64,000 bases of DNA from Anolis carolinensis (lineage: Eukaryota), in the NCBI RefSeq assembly GCF_035594765.1, contig NW_026943819.1, forward strand, positions 2,108,001 through 2,172,000, in the 5' to 3' direction. The notes below the pieces were generated by a model that had not been told where the DNA came from, did no database searches, and was given only the letters and a program-made list of their open reading frames with translations. The position numbers and the translations under genes were made by a program. Below, piece by piece: positions 1-12,802 of the stretch; the first letter of the stretch is position 1, and each line of letters starts with the position of its first letter.

Positions 1-103
1 GCCCCCGCCGCCACCCCCAGGACAGCCAGGGAGACCTTGTCCATGTACCACCCGGTCATGGCCACGATGGTGCTGTACATGCAGAAGCTGCTGGGGAGGA
101 AGG
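1..103 (-). CDS. ALG9: ALG9 exon 6, truncated by window edge (AFLPSSFCMYSTIVAMTGWYMDKVSLAVLGVAAG)
   Basis: FLPSSFCMY motif; polypyrimidine tract plus CAG acceptor at 104-106. Confidence 0.95.
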
Positions 104-729
104 CTGGAAAGCAAGAGCAGCAGAGAAGGAAGGGTCAGGGCTGGACGTTCAAAATCCCACAAGGTGGGATATCTTCTTTTTGGCCTCAGAACATAGAAAG
201 GCCCTCAATTCATCAATCTGTATGCAGAGAGTCCCAGGTTCCGTTTCTGGCATCTCCCCTTGGAAGATAGTCTGGAGCAGAGCTTCTGAAACAACGAGCA
301 GAGCTTCAAACAGGGTCATCATAACCGTATGTTGGGGTCGCCTTTCTTTGTATCCTGTGCGCACACGTGTCCCTTCTTTCGCTCTCTTCTCTCTCTGCTT
401 TTTCTTCCCTCTCTTTCGAACACATCTCTTTCTGCTTCCCACCTCTCTCGTATGTGTCTCTCTCTCTGCTCTCCCTTTTCTCTCCTCTCTGCTTTTCCTT
501 CTCCCTCTGCTTTCCCTTCTTTCTCAAACATACCTCTTTCTTGAAATTTCAACAGAAAGGAGGAAAACCATGAAAATGAACAAAATCTGGCTCCCAGGAC
601 AGTAAATAAAAAACAACATTCAGAAAACAGGGGGATTCCAGACATGAATCAATCGGGGCCAGCTAACACCTCCCAACAAAAGATTCCCCAGGAAGGAATA
701 ATAACAACAACAACAACAACAACAACAAC

Positions 730-1080
730 CTGCCATCCCAGGTGACAGTCTCATTGATGAAAAACAACAGGAAAAACTCAGCCCTCTATCAGGATCGCAA
801 GATCGAACTTCAAAGACTCTGGCAGAAACCAGTACAGGTGATCCCAGTGGTGATCGGCACATTGGGTGCCATGCCAAAAGATCTCAGCCGGCATTTGGAA
901 ACAACAGACATTGACAAAATTACGTTCTGCCAACTGCAAAAGGCCACCCTACTGGGATCTGCGCGCATCATCCGAAAATACATCACACAGTCCTAGACAC
1001 TTGGGAAGTATTCGACTTGTGATTTTGTGAAACGAAATCCAGCATATCTATCTTGTTTGCTGTGTCATACAATAAAATAA
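730..1080 (+). mobile_element. R4/Dong-clade non-LTR retrotransposon 3' fragment
   Basis: Encodes ...IELQRLWQKPVQVIPVVIGTLG...KATLLGSARIIRKYITQS plus the family 3' UTR; preceded by (AAT/AAC)n. Confidence 0.75.
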
Positions 1081-1479
1081 TGATTTTGTTTTTATACCCC
1101 GCCCCATCTCCCCGAGAGGACTTGGGGCGGCTTACATGGGGCCAAGCCCAGGCAACAAACAATATAAAACTCAACAGTAGAAAACAAATCATAAACAGAT
1201 AAAATCACATATTCCAATAAACAATAAGAATACTTTGGTTTCAAGCCAGACCATGAAACTGAAAGGCTATTTGGTGTCAATCAAGCTGGCCAATTGCATC
1301 ATTCACACTTGCCTCAAGCAGACAAGAGCTTCCTCAGAAAATACATGTCCTCTGAAGGGTTCCATAGACAAAAAAGTTTGGGAACCCTTGACCTAGAGAA
1401 TCACTGCCAATCAAAGCAGATGTTAATAGACATCCAGACTACTTTATCAGTTTACAAGGTCAATTTTGTCTTAACTTAC

Positions 1480-1568
1480 CAGCCGCTGAGCAGAACATCC
1501 CAGTGCTGAGCACCAAGAAGGCCAACATGAGGCGGCTCACATGCAGCCCAAACTTCTTGCACACTGCC
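1480..1568 (-). CDS. ALG9: ALG9 exon 5 (AVCKKFGLHVSRLMLAFLVLSTGMFCSAA)
   Basis: Manual translation matches ALG9; CAG/GTAAGT boundaries; 89 nt; phases consistent. Confidence 0.95.
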
Positions 1569-1746
1569 CTGAGCAAACAGAAAAGGAGAACGAGAACAAT
1601 CCAGTTCACACAGGAACCAACGACATTCACCATGTTAACAGGCCACAGTGGGCCGGATGGGACAAGGGTTTAATGATGCAAAAGGAGTGGGACTCATGCA
1701 ACCCAGCCATATATTCACAACAGAACGAGAAGCAAAAAGTACTCAC

Positions 1747-1817
1747 TTATAGAAGTAAAGCTCACACACACAACTCAGGAAGGCCAAAAGACAGCGCAGG
1801 AAATAGAAGATCAGAAC
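1747..1817 (-). CDS. ALG9: ALG9 exon 4 (VLIFYFLRCLLAFLSCVCELYFYK)
   Basis: Manual translation matches ALG9; TAG/GTGAGT boundaries; 71 nt. Confidence 0.95.
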
Positions 1818-2050
1818 CTAGGAGGAAGGGTGGCAGTTATACTCCTTTCAAGAACAAAGAGTATCTCAGCCCATACTTCCCCAGCCTCTCATGAGACATA
1901 ATCAAACCTCACTGGGCAAATCAGGCCCTCAAAACAAGGAAGACTGCTTTGAAGAAGCAAAGGTGGCTTTCAGCTCCAGGAATTTCGACCAGACCCTAAC
2001 ACTGCCCCATTCGATATCCACCCAGCAGACAGCAAACACAGTGCACTTAC

Positions 2051-2185
2051 CTTGTTGGTTTGCAGAACTCTGGCATGGAAGACAGCCGGTAAGGCATGGA
2101 GCCACAGATATGCATAAGAGCGGATGGCATAGACAGGGGAATATTCCCACGTCTGGAAGCCTTTCCCGTAAACGAGGTAGTGCAT
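2051..2185 (-). CDS. ALG9: ALG9 exon 3 (MHYLVYGKGFQTWEYSPVYAIRSYAYLWLHALPAVFHARVLQTNK)
   Basis: QTWEYSP.YAIRSY motif; TAG/GTAAGT boundaries; 135 nt. Confidence 0.97.
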
Positions 2186-2405
2186 CTATCAGGATCAGAG
2201 CAAATATAAATCAGGAAAACGTCTGAAAGATTGTTCCTTTGGCAGTTCGAATTCATTTGCCAAATGAACATTGATCCCTGCCTTTTGTTATTTTCACTTG
2301 TCAGTTAAGATCAATGGGTACTTTGGGATTCTCTGAATTGAGTATTATGTATTATTATACATATAGTATTTAATTATACATATTTATTTAATACATATTA
2401 TAGTA

Positions 2406-2725
2406 CAGTAGAGTCTCACTTATCCAAGCCTCGCTTATCCAAGTCTCTGGATTATCCAAGCCATTTTTGTAGTCAATGTTTTCAATATATCGTGATATTT
2501 TGGTGCTAAATTCATAAATACAGTAATTACAACATAACATTCCTGCGTATTGAACTACTTTTTCTGTCAAATTTGTTGTATAACATGATGTTTTGGTGCT
2601 TAATTTGTAAAATCATAACCTAATTTGATGTTTAATAGGCTTTTCCTTAATCCCTCATTATCCAAGATATTCGCTTATCCAAGCTTCTGCCGGCCCGTTT
2701 AGCTTGGATAAGTGAGACTCTACTG
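2406..2725. mobile_element. Tc1/mariner (pogo/Tigger-like) MITE, TIR CAGTAGAGTCTCACTTATCCAA, TA TSD; further copies at 13544-13856, 14681-15207, 16888-17195, 24385-25000, 26250-26572, 28012-28334, 36842-37156, 53618-53931
   Basis: Terminal inverted repeats flanked by TA; at least 10 related copies. Confidence 0.88.
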
Positions 2726-2736
2726 TATTTATAGTA

Positions 2737-2790
<54 letters not shown>

Positions 2791-3258
2791 GTGCTTTCAA
2801 GTCACCTTTAAGTTGGCTTATTTATTATTTATTTATTTATTACATCATTTCTATTCCACCCTTCTCACCCATCAGAGGACTCAGAGCGGCTTACAATATA
2901 AAAACACATACATCAAAACAATTTACATCACGTTTAAAAATCCATTTAAATTAAAATTACATTAAATTAACAGCCTACATTAAAAAACCTACGTAGTTAT
3001 ACATATAAATATACATTCAAGGCGCCTTTCAAGTCCAAATGAGGTCTGTCATTGTCTGGCTTTTGGAGATCCCTGCCTTAAGCCGGGTAATAAATAAATA
3101 AAGTGTTATTATTATCATCATCACCATCACTATTACCATTAGCCAACTCAGAGCTGATTTATTGATGCCTCCTTCTGAAAATAACCTTGAATAATATCTG
3201 ATATTCCCCAGTCTTGCAACCCTGAAAGACCCTTCGCAGTGAAGCCAAACTCACTCAC

Positions 3259-3397
3259 CGGTTCCCAGTAATTGAAAGTCTCGTCGCAGTCGGAGATGTT
3301 GCTCAGGAGGGCAGCACAGAACCTGGCGGAGATTAAGCACTTGAAGGCTGTGGATCCTTCGGGGGCCCAAACGTGGCTGGCTTTGCCCCCAGTTGGC
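3259..3397 (-). CDS. ALG9: ALG9 exon 2 (PTGGKASHVWAPEGSTAFKCLISARFCAALLSNISDCDETFNYWEP)
   Basis: Conserved DCDETFNYWEP motif; CAG acceptor and GTGAGT donor; 139 nt. Confidence 0.97.
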
Positions 3398-4289
3398 CTG
3401 GAAGGCAAGCAAAAGGCACCTGAGTTCGCCCTATTTGGAGGTTACAGGAAATCGGGCGTGAGTGGGATATCCACTGAGGTCGACGGAAGGATAGCACACT
3501 CCGCATGTTACTCTGGATGTTTAAATAGCAGACCTAAAGCAAAGCTATATATAAAGGATGTCCCTTTAGCAGCTAACAGTAGCTATGCTGATTATTTGAA
3601 GGCTGAGCAAACATAGATATTTTAAAGAATATATATTATTGTTGTTGTTGTTGTGTGCCTTCAATTCATCTCCATAAACTGGAATATATAAATACATAAT
3701 TAGATGGGATATAAAAATAATGATGAGAATTATATAAATACATAGTTATATAGGATATAAATATAATTATTAGAATGTATTTATTTATTTCCATCATTTC
3801 TATCCCGCCCTTCTCACCTGAAGGGACTCAGGGCGGCTCACAATCTGGCAAAATTCAATGCCAATATACAATACAAAAAGATAAAACATAAGCACTTAAA
3901 ACAATTAGGTAATTTAACAAAATACAATAAATAGATTTAAAACCATACATTATAATACATTATAATAGAATAATACATATTTATATGTGACATAAATGTA
4001 ATGACTGGAATAATATATAATAATATATAATATATAATATTATAATATATTGTATATGCATATAATATTAATAATATTATTTTGTAATACAATATAATAC
4101 TAATAATACAATATAATATTAATTATATATTATATATTACAATATATTTATATAGTACAATATAGTAATTTATTGCTAGTATTGTGCTATGCTAATAATA
4201 TAATATTGTATGTAAATTTAATTTGTAAGCCGCTCTGAGTCCCCTTCGGGGTGAGAAGGGCAGGATATAAATGTATTAAATAAATAAAT

Positions 4290-6950
4290 AAATAATATAA
4301 ATACATAGTTATATGGGATATAATTATAATGATTGGAGTAAGTACAGAAATACACAGTTATGTGGGACATAAATATAATGACTGGAATAATATAAATACA
4401 TAGTTATATGGGATATAATTATAATTATTGGAGTAAGTACAGAAATACAGTTATATGGGACATAAATATGATTAGAATAATACATAGTTAAATAATATAA
4501 TATTATATATTATAATATCTATATATATATATATGTATTATATAATACATAGTTATATGTGACATAAATATAATGACTGGAATAATATAAATACATAGTT
4601 ATATGGGATATAAATATAATAATTAGAATAATGCACAGTTATATATGACATAAATATAATGACTGGGATAATATAAATACATAGTTATAGGGGATATAAA
4701 TATAATGATTGGAGTAAGTACAGAAATACAGTTATATGGGACATACATATAATGACTGGAATAATAAAATACATAGTTATATGTGACATAAATATAATGA
4801 CCGGAATAATATAAATACATAGTTATATGTGACATACATATAATGACTGGAATAATATAAATACATAGTTATATGGGACATAAATATAATGACTGGAATA
4901 ATATAAATACATAGTTATATGTGACATAAATATAATGACCGGAATAATATAAATACATAGTTATATGGGACATACATATAATGACCGGAATAATATAAAT
5001 ACATAGTTATATGGGACATACATATAATGACCGGAATAATATAAATACATAGTTATATGTGACATAAATATAATGACCGGAATAATATAAATACATAGTT
5101 ATATGTGACATAAATATAATGACCGGAATAATATAAATACATAGTTATATGGGACATACATATAATGACCGGAATAATATAAATACATAGTTATATGGGA
5201 CATACATATAATGACTGGGATAATATAAATACATAGTTATATGTGACATAAATATAATGACCGGAATAATATAAATACATAGTTATATGTGACATACATA
5301 TAATGACCGGAATAATATAAATACATAGTTATATGTGACATAAATATAATGACAGGAATAATATAAATACATAGTTATATGTGACATACATATAATGACT
5401 GGAATAATATAAATACATAGTTATATGTGACATACCTATAATGACTGGAATAATATAAATACATAGTTATATGTGACATAAATATAATGACCGGAATAAT
5501 ATAAATACATAGTTATATGTGACATACATATAATGACTGGAATAATATAAATACATAGTTATATGTGACATACCTATAATGACTGGAATAATATAAATAC
5601 ATAGTTATATGTGACATAAATATAATGACCGGAATAATATAAATACATAGTTATATGGGACATACATATAATGACTGGAATAATATAAATACATAGTTAT
5701 ATGTGACATACCTATAATGACTGGAATAATATAAATACATAGTTATATGTGACATAAATATAATTACCGGAATAATATAAATACATAGTTATATGGGACA
5801 TACATATAATGACTGGAATAATATAAATACATAGTTATATGTGACATAAATATAATGACCGGAATAATATAAATACATAGTTATATGGGACATACATATA
5901 ATGACCGGAATAATATAAATACATAGTTATATGTGACATAAATATAATGACCGGAATAATATAAATACATAGTTATATGGGACATACATATAATGACTGG
6001 AATAATATAAATACATAGTTATATGTGACATAAATATAATGACCGGAATAATATAAATACATAGTTATATGGGACATACATATAATGACCGGAATAATAT
6101 AAATACATAGTTATATGTGACATAAATATAATGACCGGAATAATATAAATACATAGTTATATGTGACATAAATATAATGACTGGAATAATATAAATACAT
6201 AGAATCATAGAATCATAGAATAGTAGAGTTGGAAGAGACCACATGGGCCATCCAGTCCAACCCCCTGCTAAGAAGCAGGAAATCGCATTCAAAGCACCCC
6301 CGACAGATGGCCATCCAGCCTCTGCTTAAAAGCCTCCAAGGAAGGAGCCTCCACCACGGCCCGGGGGAGAGAGTTCCACTGTCGAACAGCTCTCACAGTG
6401 AGGAAGTTCTTCCTGATGTTCAGGTGGAATCTCCTTTCCTGTAGTTTGAAGCCATTGTTCCGTGTCCTAGTCTGCAGGGCAGCAGAAAACAAGCTTGCTC
6501 CCTCTTCCCTATGACTTCCCTTCACATATTTGTACATGGCTATCATGTCTCCTCTCAGCCTTCTGTTTTGCAGGCTAAACATGCCCAGCTCTTTAAGCCG
6601 CTCCTCATAGGGCTTGTTCTCCAGACCCTTAATCATTTTATGTGACATAAATATAATGACAGGAATAATATAAATACATAGTTATATGTGACATAAATAT
6701 AATGACCGGAATAATATAAATACATAGTTATATGTGACATAAATATAATGACCGGAATAATATAAATACATAGTTATATGTGACATACATATAATGACTG
6801 GAATAATATAAATACATAGTTATATGTGACATACATATAATAACCGGAATAATATAAATACATAGTTATATGGGACATACATATAATGACCGGAATAATA
6901 TAAATACATAGTTCTATAGGACCTAAATATGACTGGAACAATAATAAAAC
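4290..6950. repeat. 46-bp AT-rich minisatellite (AATAATATAAATACATAGTTATATGTGACATAAATATAATGACYGG)n, interrupted by CR1
   Basis: Period of 46 measured directly; ~40 near-identical units. Confidence 0.95.
6198..6637 (-). mobile_element. CR1 LINE 3' fragment
   Basis: MIKGLENKPYEERLKELGMFSL...RGD...FKQRLD ORF2 C-terminus and (ATTCTATG)n tail. Confidence 0.92.
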
Positions 6951-7136
6951 CAATAAACATGGAGATAACAGTGTGAGGGAGGCCTTTGCGGGGCCCTTTC
7001 TGTGGGGTTTCCTCTCCTCGCCTCTGGCCTTTCAGGCGAAGCCTCCCCCGCGCTCCCCCTCCCTGTGTTCCCCTCCTGCGGGGCCCCTGACCCCAAAAGG
7101 CCACCCAACACCCTCACGGGAAGCCAGGCCCCTTAC

Positions 7137-7219
7137 TCGGCTCGAGGCTCCTCGGGAGCCGGGAGAGGTCCGTCCCCGCCGCTTCCTCGAGCCCGCAGCC
7201 GGGCCCCTCTGGCCGCCAT
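7137..7219 (-). CDS. ALG9: ALG9 alpha-1,2-mannosyltransferase, coding exon 1 (MAARGARLRARGSGG...)
   Basis: ATG at 7219 in a GC-rich island; N-terminus resembles vertebrate ALG9 (MASRGARQR); donor GA|GTAAGG; 83 nt, phase joins exon 2. Confidence 0.85.
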
Positions 7220-7345
7220 CTTGAGCGCGGGCAACAACAGGGCGATGGCTCCGCCCACTTTGCCGCCAGAGGGAATACACTTCAACGCAAGAGCCCGGAA
7301 GCCGCCATGATGAGTCCGGGCAGAGATCTCTGCGCATGCGCGACT
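7200..7345 (-). promoter_or_regulatory. ALG9 CpG-island promoter/5' region with NRF1 (TGCGCATGCGC 7331-7341), ETS (CCGGAAG ~7295) and YY1-like (AAGATGGCGGC over the ATG) motifs
   Basis: CpG-rich segment with typical housekeeping-promoter motifs read directly. Confidence 0.7.
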
Positions 7346-8720
7346 TATCCTGCCTCCTTCCTGGCTTGGAGCTGGAGCCCCCAAAGGGAACTTTCCCAAG
7401 CTCTGGGACTGGGAACACATCCTGCACTGTATATCTATATCTATCTTTCTATTTATCTATATTATATAGACCTGAATTTTACACTTACAGACATATATAA
7501 TTCAGGTCTATATAATATATGTAATTCAGATCTATGATTCAGGTCTGTGTGTGTATATATTTATTTATTTATTTATTTATTTACAACATTTCACCCGAAG
7601 GGACTCAGGGCGGCTTACAAAAATTGGCAAAATTTAATGCCCTGAATACAATCATAAAAACAAAACAGTAACAGATATATTAATAACATCGTTAAAACAC
7701 ATTATAAAACCTTAAAAACGTATATATAATTAATTCCATTCGTCCGAGATCCTCATTCTTCATCCTTAAATCAGTCCATGTCAACTTTGTCATTTACTCA
7801 TCAAAAGCTTGGGCACATAACCATGTTTTCACAGCCCTTCTGAATCCCAGCAGGGATTATATAAAATATAGACCTGAAATCAGGTGTGCGTGTGTGTGTG
7901 TGCGTGCATATAACACACACACACACATATCTGAATTACAGACCTGAATTATATAATATAAATATTGATTTGATAAATATATACACACATATAATTCAGG
8001 TAAATATGTAATTCAGGTCTATAATTCAGGGATGTGTGTGTATGTGTGTGTATACACATATGTATATATGTATACACACACACACACACACACACACCTG
8101 AATTACAGACCTGAATTATATGATATAAAATAAATATTAATATAAATAATATCTATGTTTATATAAATTCTATAGAAACAAACAAGCATATCTAGATATC
8201 TAATGTGAAATATATATATATTCAGGCAGGCTTTTACAGAAGTTTTTAAAGATCAAGTCAAGGGCTGCTGTGGTTTTTAGTTTTGGATTTTAACTAATTT
8301 TTTCAAATACCGATGATATTTAATTCTGTTTTAATGTTTCTATATTTCATATTGTATAGAAATGCTTTTAATATAAGCTACGTTGAGTCTCCTCGTGGTG
8401 AGAAAAAGTGGGGTATAAACAAACATAATAACCATATATTCCTTCATCCGATTTGTCTTCATTCCACTACTTTGGGCTTCACGCAAATATACCATTTGTC
8501 AAAATATATGATCCTGTGCTATCCTTTTCCATTTCGGGCCGAAGAGCTTAAACTTGGATAATATTTTGATAATATATTACATGTGTGTATATATTCGGTC
8601 AATGACCATGAAAACAAGCAGTTAAAAAAAACGCCGAGTATCAGAGTGACTGGTGAAATATTTACTTGGATCCGAAGCATTGGCAATGGGTTCCAGGTCA
8701 TGTGAAGGGTGCAGTTCAAT

Positions 8721-8853
8721 CAGATACGGGCCAGTTTGGGCCCTCCAGATGTTTTGGACTTCAACTCCCACAATTCCTAACAGCCTACCGCTGTTAGGAA
8801 TTGTGGGAGTTGAAGTCCAAAACATCTGGAGGGCCCAAGCTGGCCGATACCTG
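8721..8853. mobile_element. Palindromic hAT-type MITE just after the FDXACB1 stop; relatives at ~39551-39687 and 55627-55820 (TSD GTGTAGAT)
   Basis: Near-perfect self-complementarity; 8-bp flanks AGTTCAAT/AGTTAAAT. Confidence 0.8.
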
Positions 8854-8875
8854 AGTTAAATGCATACGGAAGGCG

Positions 8876-10013
8876 CTATCTGAGAGTCACGTGGAGGCGG
8901 CGCTGGACCTCTTTTCTCAGCTCAGCCTGCATGTTGGCTGCCTGCTTTTGACTGAGCGCCCGGTCGCAGGACTGGTAAGTGAGCCTGAAGCAGAGGCTGC
9001 TCTGGCCAGAGCCGGGCTGCAGGAAGCGGTCCAGAAGCTGGACAGAGACCACCATGTCATGGGATGCAGCCCTTGCAATGGCATGGAGCTGGACTTCACT
9101 GAATTCACTGGCTTTGGTGACCCAGAAGCTGATGTCATGCACATAGGAGGGCGGGTGGAGTGAGAAGGCTTCAAAGGGCCCCAAACGCCCTCCTGCAAAC
9201 TGCGCCAGGAAACGCTCATCCCACGTCCAGAGAAGGCGCCAGTCAGGGATCCCACATATCCACATAGTGAGAAGATCAAGGTTCAGTGAAACGCACACGA
9301 TTTCTCTATCCGTGTTCATCAACCGGCACGGGACTGTATGAATCACCCCCACGCAAAGCTTCTTCTTTGGAGCCTGGTTCAGAGTCATAGTGATAAAGTA
9401 TTTTGGATTAGGAGTTAAAAAGGCGAGCAATTCCGGCTCATCTGTTGCACAGTCCAACTCGAAACCTGCTTCTTGGAGCAAGGAGTTCAACGTCCTTGTG
9501 AGGTTTTTCACAAGGAGATGCGAAAACGCGTCTTCCGAGTCTTTGTTCGTCAAAATGGCGAAAAGAGCCTCGTGATAAACAGGCAGAGAATAGTCCGAGA
9601 TCGTGCAGTTCCTAAAGGCCAATCCGCTCAAAACCAACAAAGTCCCCAGAGGAAACTCTGCCTCTTCAAACACTTCATGAAGAGAAAGCAGCAGAGAAGG
9701 CCTCAAATAGTATTTCCCCGAGACACAGTCCCTTTCCTGGCCAATTAAATGGCTTCTCTGATCAGTATATTCCCAGCCAGGAAAGGATACGGCTTCGGTT
9801 TCCTTTGGAGTTTTGCTAACCACACCGTCTGGGTTTCCGTTTATTTGAACTTTCCAAAAGGCCTCCAGAGAGGAAGGAGAGCTGGAGCTTCCTTGGAAAA
9901 CCAAGGGAAGGGAAGAGTCTACTCTCTGAACTGGGAATGATTCATTGAGTCCGTCCACAAGCTTTTCAAGTATGGTTCTTATAGGATGTTCTGAATCCCT
10001 GTCTAGAAAGCCC
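8876..10013 (-). CDS. FDXACB1: FDXACB1 last coding exon (PheRS-like region plus ferredoxin-fold anticodon-binding domain, ends ...RLHVTLR*)
   Basis: Long ORF with HDISFW...SLCFRLTYQSCDRALS FDX-ACB signature; CAG acceptor at 10014-10016; spliced CDS 1845 nt. Confidence 0.95.
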
Positions 10014-10572
10014 CTGTTTGAAATAGCAAACAGACAAACAGGAAGTATATTAGAGAAAGCATTGAACCCACCATCTGTACATTTTAAAAGAAGAGCAAAT
10101 TATTATTCGTGCAATACCAAACTTGCAAAATGTTCCATCATACTCAAACCATTCACTATTGTTCCCATTTCACAGACAGAAAGGCTGTCTAGCTTCACAT
10201 CTCTCTTCCTGATTCAAGCCATATAGAGTGAATTTATCTCCTATGAGTGAATGAGTAACATGTTCAGAGTTGCATAATAATAATACCTGTAATAGTAATA
10301 TTCCAGAAGCCAGGATCTGAATCTCATTCTTCCTGGAATGGGAGTACATCAAGCCACGGTAACTTTTTTACATTATAATTTTTGATATTGAGTTCACTGC
10401 AATCCCAAATACATGGCTGTATATGCATTTGGAAGTCAGTGGAATTTACCCCCAAGAAAACATGGCATGAATTCGCTTGCAATTCCAAAGATACATCAAG
10501 GCTAAGGCCATCTGAATTTACCATTCCATGATTATGGACAAATTAATAGTATTTGGAAACTTGGGTACATAC

Positions 10573-10731
10573 CTGCTTATTTTATCTCGAAATACATCTG
10601 GAACCTGGAAGGAAATAGTCTCGCCTCCCAATTTTGTGTGACAGATCCCAGGTCCAGGGTTTTGCAAAGAGGAACTTCTTGTGAAGATGTGGTTCAAGGC
10701 GCCTTCTACGCAAAAGGACTTATCCTGACTT
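10573..10731 (-). CDS. FDXACB1: FDXACB1 coding exon 4 (SQDKSFCVEGALNHIFTRS...)
   Basis: Matches FDXACB1; TAG/GTATGT boundaries; 159 nt. Confidence 0.93.
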
Positions 10732-11203
10732 CTACAAATAAACAGGACGAGATTATTGTTGTGCTTTCCACTTGAACTACGAAGCTCACTGCCTGATTTG
10801 GCTGGCAACCAGTCACTAAGACTGAGAATCCCTATCAAACCAGTTGCGGTTTCCATTTGCACCAATCGATTGTGCCGATTTGAGATCAAATCAAAAACTT
10901 CCCATACACAATACTTTGCATCACAATAGGAACAGATTGCAGTATATTATCCCTAGAAATTCCCAGCGCTAGGTCCCTTAATTTCTTATATCTTGATGTA
11001 GTTCCTTTAGTAAAATTCTCTGATAACTTTTAAAGCTTGACTCTGCTCCTGAATTGCTGGAGCTCATTTGCTCTACTGCTATGCATTAGAAGGTTCTGAT
11101 CTGCTAAACTGCTGCTGCTGTGATTCTTGCTGATTTATCTTTTCAAATGCTTTTTCCTTCTTTTTGGAAATGACCCGACATCAGTCTGGTAGCCACAGCT
11201 TAC

Positions 11204-11407
11204 CTGTATCCTGTGCATGTATATCCACGTGCGTCCTTGTCGCAAAAGGGGTGGATGTCGCTGAGGATGAATCCGGCCTCTGCAGCCATGGCCACGACTT
11301 GCCAACTGTTGTGCCATTCCCTCCTGGGATGGTCAGCGGGGGTCCCGCCTTGCCCCCTGCAGAGCGCCACATGGACCTCTCCCTTCTCGGCCAGGACCTC
11401 TGCACAA
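11204..11407 (-). CDS. FDXACB1: FDXACB1 coding exon 3 (CAEVLAEKGEVHVALCRGQGGTPAD...GYTCTGYR)
   Basis: Matches FDXACB1; CAG/GTAAGC boundaries; 204 nt. Confidence 0.95.
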
Positions 11408-12238
11408 CTGAGCGAGAACAAGAGGCGCATGGATCGTGTCTCCCATGCAACAAGTCAACAAGTCTCTAGACAGGTTGGCTTCCATTGACTGGTTGGTGGT
11501 AATGGAAGGAAAGGGCAATGAGACATTGCGGAGCATTAGGAAATTGGAACTCTATGCAGGCAGTCCCCAAATTACAAACACGCAACTTACATTTGACTTC
11601 AATTGGGGCTGACCCAATTGAAGACCCATCTCTTCCAGCAACTTTGAATCATGAGTTTTGGATCTGCATTCTATTACTGCTGTATGTTGATTGCTGCATC
11701 TTGTGTTGGATTCAACATCCCTTTGAAGGCTATCATATGTGGATGTGGCCCTCTATGAACGTGAGTTTGATACTATTTTAGATAATCCATTATTTTGACA
11801 TTTCTCTCTAGTGTGTAGAGAGAAATGGACTACTATATAAATTGTAGATGGCCCTCTGTATTCACAGATTCTCTGTCTATGGATTCAACGTCCTGCTCTC
11901 ATTGAGTCTTGCTAAAGGTATGGCATATTGTGGCCTTGGCACCTTCCCTGTTTTCTTTAGTTAGTATTTCTTTTCCTGTTCTGATTTATCCCTCCTAAAG
12001 TGGATTATTAATTAGGGAGGACAGTGAAGAAGAATGGCAAACCACTTCCTTCATTCAGATACATCCAAATATTCCATCACATCCCACCACACTCTCTGAA
12101 GGACAAAAAGGATAGAAACAGAGAGGATCGTGAAATCATTACGATACGAAGTAGCAACAGCTCGGAAATTAAAAAGGAATCTTAGCTCAGGAAATAACGC
12201 TGCAACGGAGAAAGAGCATATTGCCATCTTGTCCTCAC

Positions 12239-12395
12239 CTGCAGAAAAACTTGGCAAGAAGCTCCCGGTTCTTCTTCACTCCGGCTTTTCTCCCACAATG
12301 GGGGAAATTGAAATAAATGCAATCGAAATCCCTCTCCGCAGGCAAGAAGACCTCCTGCAGTTTTGTGCAGTCAACACAGAAACGAACTTCAGCCC
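12239..12395 (-). CDS. FDXACB1: FDXACB1 coding exon 2 (AEVRFCVDCTKLQEVFLPAERDFDCIYFNFPHCGRKAGVKKNRELLAKFFC)
   Basis: VDCT and FNFPHCG motifs; CAG/GTGAGG boundaries; 157 nt. Confidence 0.95.
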
Positions 12396-12491
12396 CTGGA
12401 ATCCAAAGGGGAAAAATAATTGTGCAAGGCGTACCCTAAGGCAGGAATCAAAGCTGACACGTGCCACAGTTCTCTTTGCTGCCATTCTCAC

Positions 12492-12678
12492 CTCTGCTCC
12501 TCAGGTATTCCACATTGGATCGAGAAAGCGCTTGCCTGGAAACCACGTCTTCGCTCTCAAAGCAGGTTGCGATGATGCAGACCTTGCAGCCCTTTGCTTC
12601 ACACAAAGCAGCTGAGAAGGAGAAATTCCCTTCTCCCACAAAGAGAAGGCGAGGCTGAGGGCGGCGGAGGGGATTCAT
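12492..12678 (-). CDS. FDXACB1: FDXACB1 coding exon 1 (MNPLRRPQPRLLFVGEGNFSFSAAL...)
   Basis: LLFVGEGNFSF Rossmann-like (DUF2431/BMT5-like) motif; donor G|GTGAGA; 187 nt. Confidence 0.92.
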
Positions 12679-12802
12679 GGTTGAGGAAGCTCTGAGGGAA
12701 GGAGGAGGAGAAGAGGTCAGGCCGTATTCCAAAGAGATCATCATTACCCTGAGGACACAGCCCATAGTCTGGGGGGCAAGGTCGTCCTGGACTCAGCACT
12801 GG

